In this document: positions 54,350 through 64,000 of the stretch, in pieces
How positions within the stretch are numbered: the stretch's first letter is position 1
How the letters are laid out: every line of letters begins with the position of its first letter
From: the human T2T-CHM13v2.0 reference genome, Homo sapiens
Reading direction: 5' to 3' (one strand)
NCBI RefSeq assembly: GCF_009914755.1
Contig: NC_060939.1
DNA: 64,000 bases
Translations under genes and position numbers: made by a program
The notes under the pieces: generated by a model
Database searches by the model: none
What the model was told of the DNA's origin: nothing
The model's input: only the letters and a program-made list of their open reading frames with translations

Positions 54350-55727
54350 TCTAAAATGTTTACTGAATCTGAGTGACAGACCCTGGTCTACAGGATCTCC
54401 CAAGGGCATTGACCCCTGGACTATAAATCTGGGCCATATGAGACTTAACATCTTTGATGACTCTTCTGGAAATAATGTGTATCCTGACCCTGCGTGGTTT
54501 CTTCTCCAGCAGCTCCACTCCTCTACTCATGGCTGTGCCAAGCTCAGTGGCAATCACTTCGTCACATCCATTTGTGTCTTCACTTTGTGGTGTCATTCCT
54601 TGGAAGGCTTGGCCTGTACGAGAGGAATATTTGACAACTGAGTTTTGACTCACTACTGCAAAAGGATAAATGCTCGAAAATTGATTTCCTGGGGAAAGAA
54701 ACATGACTAAGAGGAAACCTGAAAGTTTACGAACAATAGCACCTTAACGGGAAATGAGGCATTTGGGGAAGCTGGCATGAACCAAGAGTTAGGATGAACC
54801 ATTGAGTTGGACCAGTTGAGGGAAAAGTAGTTTTTCCTTGAGCTAAAACTAGTATTTTCCAACCTTAAAAACATTTCTTAAACTCAGCTTCTAACAGCCT
54901 TATTTTTTTTTTATTTTTTATTTTTTGGTGCTGTAATGAGAGGGAGAGGGTTTTTTGTTATTGTTTTTTTGTTTTTTGTGTTTTTTTTGAAAAATGAGAG
55001 CTACTTTTAAATATTGTAAGTTGTTTGCAGCAAGTTGTTTTCTTAATCTGGAAATGGGAGTTTTGCATTCTGCTAAATATTGTTCTTTCTTTAAATCCTT
55101 TGTTTTTCTTAGGAAAGTCCCAGGGCTCTTGTTCCCGTTTGTATGTTGGCTTTCTCCCCAAATCTTCTCAGTTGAACTCTGTTTTTCCCCATTTTATGGG
55201 CTGCCTGGAAAAAGGAAGACTACATGGTTGGAGTGTAAATAATGGAGATCTGAGTCAGAAGATAGAAGCTGTCACTAACCAGCAGGTCAATAGACTCTTC
55301 GCCACTGTTACATGCCCAAGAATAGGTATATATCTCCCCAGTGTCCATTGTATTGAGGGCACTGTGGCATGAAGATGGGGTGAGAGGTATAAAGCAAATT
55401 CAAGTGGCAAGTCTTACTGTTAACAAAAAAATGTCCAGGGTATTATGCCAGTTATGTTCTGACCCATGTGTCTGCAGAAGGAATGAGACAATCTCCCAAG
55501 TTGTCAGCAAAATGATCACATAAACCAGAAGTTAGCTCCACTGTAAACATATATTAATTCACAAATTATGGGAAATGTTGAAAAGCTCACAGAACATATG
55601 TCCATTTACAATGCAGAATGCATTCAAATAATTAGATTTTAAAAGTAATGCTTTCATGATTATATAATAAATGTTAAAACACAGAAGAACAAAAAGATAA
55701 TAATGAATTTAAAATTATTCATTGATC

Positions 55728-57517
55728 AAAAAATTAAGCACAGAATTACCATATAATCCAGAAATTCTACTTTGGGGTATATACCCCTAAGAATTAAAAG
55801 CAGGGACTCAAAGAGATATTTGTAGACCTATGTTCACAATAACCAAAAAGTGGAAATAAACCAAGTGTTGACAGATGAATGGATAAACATGTTGTACATA
55901 ATATTATTCAGGCTTAAAAAGGAATGAAATTTTGACATATGCTACAACATAAGTAAACCTTGAAGACATTATTCTAAGTGAATAAGCCAGACACGAAAGG
56001 ACAAATATTGTACAATTTTATGTACATGTGGTACCTAGAGTAATCAAACTCACAGAGACAGAAAGTAGGTTGGTAGTTGCCAGGGGCTGGGGGAAAGAGG
56101 GAATGGTGAGTTATTGTTTAATGAGTATGGCGTTTCACTTTGGAAAAATGAAGATATTCTGGGCATGTATAGTGGTGATGGTTGCATAGCAGTGCACTTA
56201 ATGCCACTGAACTGTGCAGTTAAAATGGTTAAAATGGTAAATTTTATGTTATTTATATTTCACCACAATTAAAAATTCTTCACTAACAAAAGAGGTACAA
56301 AACTTATAATCCAAAAACTACAAAACATTGTTAAAAGAAATAGAAAACCTAAATAAATTGAAAGACATCCCATGTTCATGGATCAGAAGACTTAAGATGG
56401 CAATACTCTCCAAATTGTTAAGATGCCAATACTCCACAAATTGGTCTATAGATTAAGCACAATTCCTATCAAAATCCCAGCTGGCTTCTTTGCATAAATT
56501 GACAAGTTGATTCTAAAATTTACATCAAAATTCAAAGACTCAGAATGGCCAAAACATCTTGAAAAAGGACAAAGATAGAGGACTCATACTTTCCTATTTC
56601 AAACCTATTACAAAGCTATAGTAATAAAAGTGTGGTACTGGCATAGGATAGACATATAGACCAATGAAATAAAACTTAGAGTCCAGAAATAACCCCCCAC
56701 ATTTATGGTCAGTTTATTTTCCACAAGAATATCACAACAATTTAGACAATTCAACAGGGAAAGAATAGTCTTTTCAACAAATGGTACTGGGACAATTGGA
56801 TATCCACATGCAAAGGGAAAAAAAATGAACCCCTACCCCACACCATATCCAAATGCAAAATGCATCAAAGACCTAAATATAAAAGCTAAAACTAAACTCT
56901 CATATACTGCTGGTGGGACTGTTAAATAGTGCCAATACTTAGAAAAACACTCTGGCAGTTCTTCAATGACATAGAGTTGCCATATGATCCAGCAATTCCA
57001 CTCCTAAGAATATACCGGAGAGAAATGCAAATATGTACCTTCACAAATACTTGTACAAGAACTTATAACAGCCCAAAGTGGAAACAACCCAAGGGTCCAC
57101 CAACCAAAGAATTGATAAATTAAATGTGATATGTTTACACAATGTAATATTCAATCATAAAAGGAATGATATACTGATGCATGCTACAACATGGATACAA
57201 CTTGAAAGCATTATAAGCGAAAGAAGCCAGTCACAAAAGGCCACATATTATATGATTCCATTTACATAAAATGTAGAGTATAGACAAACCTATAGAGACA
57301 GAAAGATTAGCTGTTGCCTTGGGCTGGGGGTGGGGGGTGAGAAACGGCAAGTGACTGCTAATGGGTACAGGGTTTCTTTTGGGATGATAAAAATGCTCTA
57401 AAGTTGACTATGGTGATGGTTGCACAGCTCTGTGAATATACTAAAATAATTGAATTGCATACTTTGGATGAATGGTATGGTATGTGAATTATCTCAAAAG
57501 ACTGTTATAAAAAAAAA
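55728..57517 (+). mobile_element. L1MA/L1MB 3' fragments: 3'UTR 55728-56275; ORF2 remnant plus 3'UTR 56290-57517
   Basis: aaagacatcccatgttcatggatcagaagac; ORF2-like peptides ELPYDPAIPLLRIY and WKQPK in the ORF track. Confidence 0.88.
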
Positions 57518-57924
57518 CTATCCGTATCATTGTTAGCATTTTGGTATATGTGTTTATATCCTTTTTTTCTTCAAATGTTTATAGATTATTAAATAGAATT
57601 AAGATTGTAATGTTTTATAGTCTATATTTTTATTTAACTATATAGTTCCATGCCATTAATATTGTACAGAATTATTTTATTTTATTTCATTTTACGGATG
57701 GACTATCGATTATTTAAACAATATCCTATAGTCAGACTTTTGTTTTCAACTACTTGCACTTTTAAATAACATCATGATGAACATCCTTGCAGGTGAATTT
57801 CTTAGCCATCCATAATTATTCCTTGGAATAAATTCTGGAATCAGGTATTACGGTCAAATTACATGCACATTTAATGGCCTTTGAAAGGTATTACTAAACT
57901 GCTTTCCAAAAAGGATGTATCTCG

Positions 57925-59100
57925 TATATGAAAAGATGCTCAGTATTATTAGTCATTAGAAAAATGCAAATCAAAATCATAATGAAATCCCACTTCACAC
58001 CCACTAAGATGGCTATAATAAGAAAGACAGACAATATGTAAGGTGGAGGTTGCAGTGAACTGAGATCGCACCACTGCACTCCAGCCTGGGTAACAGAGTG
58101 AGATCCTATCTCAAAAAAAAAAGGCAATAATAAATGTTGGCAAAAATGAGGGAAAATTGGAACCATTGTACATTTTGACAGTTCCTTTAAAATTTAAACA
58201 TAGTTACAGAATGACCCAGTAATTCCATTCCTAGGTATATCCCCAAGGGAATTGAAAACATATACACAAAAACTAGTGGATGAATGTTCATATAAACATT
58301 ATTTATCACAGCCAAAAAGTGGAAACAACCCAGATGTCCATCAACTAATGAACGAAATGTGGTCTATTCATACAATAAAATATTATTCAGCCATGAGCAG
58401 TAATGAAGTGCTGATGCATGCTACAGCATGGATGAACCTTGAAAACATTATGCTGAGTGAAAGAATCCAGACACAAAAGGCCACATCTTACAGGTTTCAC
58501 TTACATACAATGTTCAGAACATGTAGATCTATAGAGATGGAAAGTATAGTCTGGGTGCAGTGGCTCACGACTGTAATTCCAGCACTTTGGGAGGCCGAGG
58601 CAGGAGGATCACTTGAGCCCAAGAATTCGAGACCAGCCTGGGCAAGAGGGAGAGACCTTGTCTCTACAAAACTTTAAAAATTAGACAAGTGTGGTGGTGT
58701 GCACCTATAGTCCCAGCTACTTGGGAGGCTAAAGCGGGAGGATGGCTTAAGCTCAGGAATTCAAGATGGCAGTGAGCTATGATCAGGCTACTGCACTCCA
58801 GCTTGCATGACAAAGGTAGACCCTGTCTCTATTTTTTAAAAAACTGAAAGTATATTACTAGCCGCATCAGGGGCTAGAGGAAGGAAGAAATGGAAGTGAC
58901 TGCTAAGAAGTACTGGAGTTTTTTCAGGGGTAATGAAAATGTCTGGAATTACATTGTGGTGATGATCTATAACTGGAATTAGGTGAAAATGAGCCGGAAT
59001 TAGATTGCGGTGGTGAGCACAACTTTGTGAATACTAAAGCCACTGAGCTGTATACTTTAAAAGGGTAAATTTGTGGTATATAAATTACACTTTGCTTAAG
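57925..59100 (+). mobile_element. L1MB 3' end interrupted by an Alu tip (58040-58122) and an AluJ (58549-58843)
   Basis: cacttcacacccactaagatggctataat; tgcatgctacagcatggatgaaccttgaaaacattatgc. Confidence 0.85.
58549..58843 (+). mobile_element. AluJ inside L1
   Basis: TSD gaaagtata. Confidence 0.9.
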
Positions 59101-60307
59101 AAAAAAAAAAAAAGCTATAGCTCTTTTTACTCCCAAAAAAGCAAAGTTTGAGTGTGACTAGTTCCTTCTAGCTCGTGTATTTTTTATTTTTCCTAATTTG
59201 ATAAACAAAAAATGTCTTTTCTTAGGTGTTTTAACTTGCATTTCTTTGATAATCAAGGAAATTGCACTACTTTTTATGTTTATCAACTATTTGCATTTTA
59301 TCTTTGTGAATTACTTGTTCATAGCTTCTGCCCATTTGTTTTGGGGTTTTCATTCTTTCTTTTATTATTTCACAAGACTTTTTATTAAAGTTTTTAATCT
59401 GTAATCTTTTACCATATAGTTGCTTAATTTACTTTTTCATTTATTCCTTCAACCAGTATTTATGGATACCTAAGTGTCACTAAGTAAGCCTTTTGACTTA
59501 GTGTTGATAAGAATATTTATGTAGTCATTGCATCCCTTTTTCTGCTTTCTGCCTGTTCATATACTTAGAAAAGACATCAGTACATTTTTTCAACCTAATT
59601 TTCTCTTAGGATTTCTTTGGTTTTCATGTTTACCTGCAGCTTCTGAATTTGTATGGAATGCTTTTGCTGAAGGATGTGAGAAGTGCAGTGCCCATCACAG
59701 GGGGCCCTGCAAGGCTGGGGCCTCTGCGCCTCCAAACCAGATCCCTAGATGCTTGGGACACCATTCCTGCTGACTTCCTAACACCACTATGCCTGGCTAA
59801 TTCCCAGTCTTGCATACTTTTTCATCCTCCTTCCACCTCCTTTCTCTGCTCTCAAAAGGCTTCCGAAGTGCTGGGGATTGGGTAGGGGTGCCAGCCTCGT
59901 TCATTTTGCTTCCCAACTCACTGTCTTACAACAGAGAATATTGATTACCTGCCAATCCCTGTGCTAAGTTCTTTTTGATGCACCAGGTCACTTAAGCTTC
60001 AGTCAGTCCTACATGTCTGTTTTACACATGGGGAAACTGAGGATTAGGAGATTTAAGTAGTTGTCCAACGATGCACAGAAATCTGTCTCCAGCCCCTGCC
60101 CTTCTAGATATTGCTGTGAATATGGAAAGAACAGGAACCTAGAGAGAAGGCTCTGCCCAACTCCGAGATGCAATGGCATATATCATCCACTCAATGGGCA
60201 AGTACATACTGAAATCCTGCCCTGTGCAGGCCCTGGGTATGGGTGCTGTGGGCAGAGAGGGGTAATAATACAAGACCCCTGCCTTCAGGGATGTGACATC
60301 TGGTTAG

Positions 60308-61321
<1,014 letters not shown>

Positions 61322-62039
61322 TGATTTGCCTTTTTCTAACCTGATGAGCTCTCCTATTCCTCTTCTTACCTAATGTGGTAGAAATTATGACAATCTTCTC
61401 TTATATCTGTTAATAGACCAAAGACAAAATGTTTTTGTTATGGTTAATTTTATGTGTCAACTAGATTGGATCACAGGATGCCCAGATACCTGATTAAACA
61501 TGATTTCTGGTTGTGTCTGTGAGGATGTTTCCAGAGGAGATTAACGTTTGGACTGATGGGCTGAGTAAAGGAGACAACCCTTCCAATGTGGATGGGCCTC
61601 ATCCAATCTGTTGATGGCCTGAATGAAACAAAAAGGTGGAGGAAGGTTGGATTTGCTCTCTGCTTGATTGTATCAGCTGGGACATCTCCTTTCTGCCCAC
61701 AGAATTCCTTGTTCTCAGGCCTTCAGATCCAGACTGGAATCTATGCCATCAGCTCTCTGGCTCTCAGGTCATTGAACTATACAACTGGCTCTCCTGGGTC
61801 TCCAGCTTGCAGAGAGAAGATTGTGGGACTTCTCAGCCTCCGTAATCACATAAGCCAATGTCTTATAATAAAGAAATACCTAAGCAAATAAATTGGGCCA
61901 GGCACAGTGGCTCACTCCTGCAACCCCAGCACTTTGGGAAACTGAGGCAGGAGGATTGCTTGAGCCAGCCCAGGAGTTCAAGATCAGCCTGGGCAACATA
62001 GTGAGACCCACATATCTACAAATTTTTTTTTTTTAATTA

Positions 62040-62342
<303 letters not shown>

Positions 62343-62441
62343 TTAGCTGGGTGTGGTGGCGCATGCCTATACCCTAGCTACTTGAGAGGTTGAGGTAGGA
62401 GGATTGCTTGAACCCAGGAGGTTGAGGCTGTGGTGAGCTAG

Positions 62442-62824
62442 TGTATTAGTCCATTCTCTTATGGCTATAAAGAACTATCTGAGACTGGCTAATTTGTAAA
62501 GAAAAGAGGTTTAATTGGTTCACTATTCTGCAGGCTGTGCAGGAAGCATGGCTAGGGAGGCCTCAGAAAACACAACCATGGCAGAAGGCAAAGGGGAATC
62601 AGGCATGTCCTACATGGCTGGAGCAGGAGGAGGAGAATGAAGGGGGAGGTGCCATATGCTTTTAAACAACCAGATCACATGAGAACTCACTCACTGTCAT
62701 GAGAACAGCAAGGGGAAAATCTACCCCCCAAGATCCAATCACCTCCCACCGGGCCCCTCCTCCAACACTGGGGATTACAATTCCACATGAGATTTGGGCG
62801 GGGACACAGAGCCAAACCATATCA
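62442..62824 (-). mobile_element. MST MaLR solo LTR
   Basis: tgtattagtcc...gccaaaccatatca; perfect 5-bp TSD gctag at 62437-62441 and 62825-62829. Confidence 0.92.
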
Positions 62825-62888
62825 GCTAGGATCACACCACTGCACTCCTGGGCAACAGAGTGAGACCTTGTTTCCAAAAAAAGTAAAT

Positions 62889-62920
<32 letters not shown>

Positions 62921-63429
62921 TCTATCTATCTATCTTTATACGTATATATCTTCTTGGTTCTGTTTCTCTGGAAAACTCTAACATAGCTTCTGACTCCTTA
63001 GCCTTTGGATATGAGGGCTAACGAAGCTGTCTCCCTTTGTCTAGCCTCAGTCTTCATTCCTCCAGATCCCAGCTTACCAATAACTGGCCAGTCTCCATGG
63101 TGACTGAGGTAAGGAAATTGTGACTGCCTTGAGTGAGCTGGTAATGGCTTTCAGACTGATAGCTCTGCTGCCTGCTCCCTTGCCCACCCCCCTCACCTTT
63201 TGCCCTGAAAGTGCGGTGGGGAACTGAGGAATCACAGACTGCTGGAGGGGGTGCAGAGCCTCCCACAGCATCCTCAAGATGAGAGCACTGCCCCAGGCAC
63301 CTGCCATTCATCATGCTTGCCACCCTCTGGCAAGGTATTACTACTGGTGACAAGGGTGAGGGCAGACTGACTTCAACCTTGCCTGGCCCAGCCTGCAAAA
63401 GGAAGCTAATGAGGACCTGAGGCTGGCAT

Positions 63430-63700
63430 ATTTTTAATCTCAAAGTTAGAGTCCCTGGACTGGCAGCCTTAGCATCACCTGGGAACTTGTTAGAAGGGCA
63501 AGTTCTTAGGCCCCATCCTAAGATCTACCGAATCAGGAATTGGTGGTGGGTTGGGGACAGCGATCTGTGTTTTACCAAGCCTTCCAGGCTATCCTGATGC
63601 AAGTTTAAGCCCAAAAACCATTGTTCCCAAGCAGTGGATCCCAAATTTGTCTGCACTTTGGGATTACTAGGGAGCTTCAAAAAACTACTGATGCCTGTCC
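63430..63700. mobile_element. MER5A-family elements
   Basis: agcatcacctgggaacttgttagaa...gatctgtgttttaccaagcc. Confidence 0.75.
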
Positions 63701-63925
63701 CAGTAGTGAACTGGAGTTGGTTTGTACCAGCTCACCACAGCTAATGTTTTAAATTTCAGAAATTTTGTGAGTCGGGTATTTAACACAGTCACTATTTAAA
63801 ATTAAATTATATACATATAAACTTACAATGAACTAATTATATTAAAAATAAAAGTAATAAATATTCAAAACCCATCACCTCTAAATTACATTTAACTATT
63901 GTCTATGCTCTTGAGATTATTTATA
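63700..63925 (+). mobile_element. MER63-like hAT element fragment
   Basis: cagtagtgaactggag...aaattttgtgagtcgg...aaaattaaattatata. Confidence 0.6.
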
Positions 63926-64000
63926 TTTTGTTTGTTTGCTTTTGTTTGAGACAAGGTCTCAAGTGCAGTGATCGTGACTCACTGTAGCTTTGACCTCCTG
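63926..64000 (-). mobile_element. AluJ, truncated by the window end
   Basis: tttgagacaaggtctc...cactgtagctttgacctcctg. Confidence 0.75.

Noticed and set aside
52598-54704. Minus-strand ORFs of 114-136 aa in intergenic DNA
   Set aside because: No recognisable protein family or consistent exon chain; a lncRNA cannot be excluded from sequence alone
56705-58677. ORFs with L1 ORF2-like peptides
   Set aside because: Short frameshifted remnants of dead L1M elements

Overview
Human (primate) genomic DNA containing the 3' end of ARNT2 (bHLH-PAS transcription factor, chr15q25) on the + strand. Seven coding exons (exons 13-19 by my recollection of the 19-exon gene model) run from 7732 to the TAG stop at 27281. 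All have AG/GT boundaries and splice in frame to the known C-terminus (QLQQQQAELEVHQRDG...IEDFADLGMFPPFSE*). A ~4.2 kb 3'UTR ends after AATAAA at 31491. The remaining ~32 kb is intergenic and rich in repeats: Alu, L1M, L2, MIR, MaLR/ERVL LTRs and MER/Tigger DNA elements. I found no second protein-coding gene, RNA gene or CRISPR-like array, and the other ORFs in the track are spurious or repeat-derived. The best candidate for something undescribed is a set of splicing routes that would edit only the ARNT2 transactivation tail. (i) Exons 15-17 total 405 nt, are phase-symmetric and are bracketed by inverted Alus, so a back-spliced circle would be a stop-free ORF containing ATGs. (ii) A second donor 30 nt past exon 18 sits exactly after an in-frame TAG and would give an NMD-escaping isoform without the acidic tip. 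(iii) There is a candidate poison exon built on a tandem duplication of splice donors. (iv) Rbfox motifs flank the weak exon 14. These are sequence-based hypotheses, not demonstrated transcripts. Repeat subfamily names are from memory of consensus sequences, and their boundaries are approximate.
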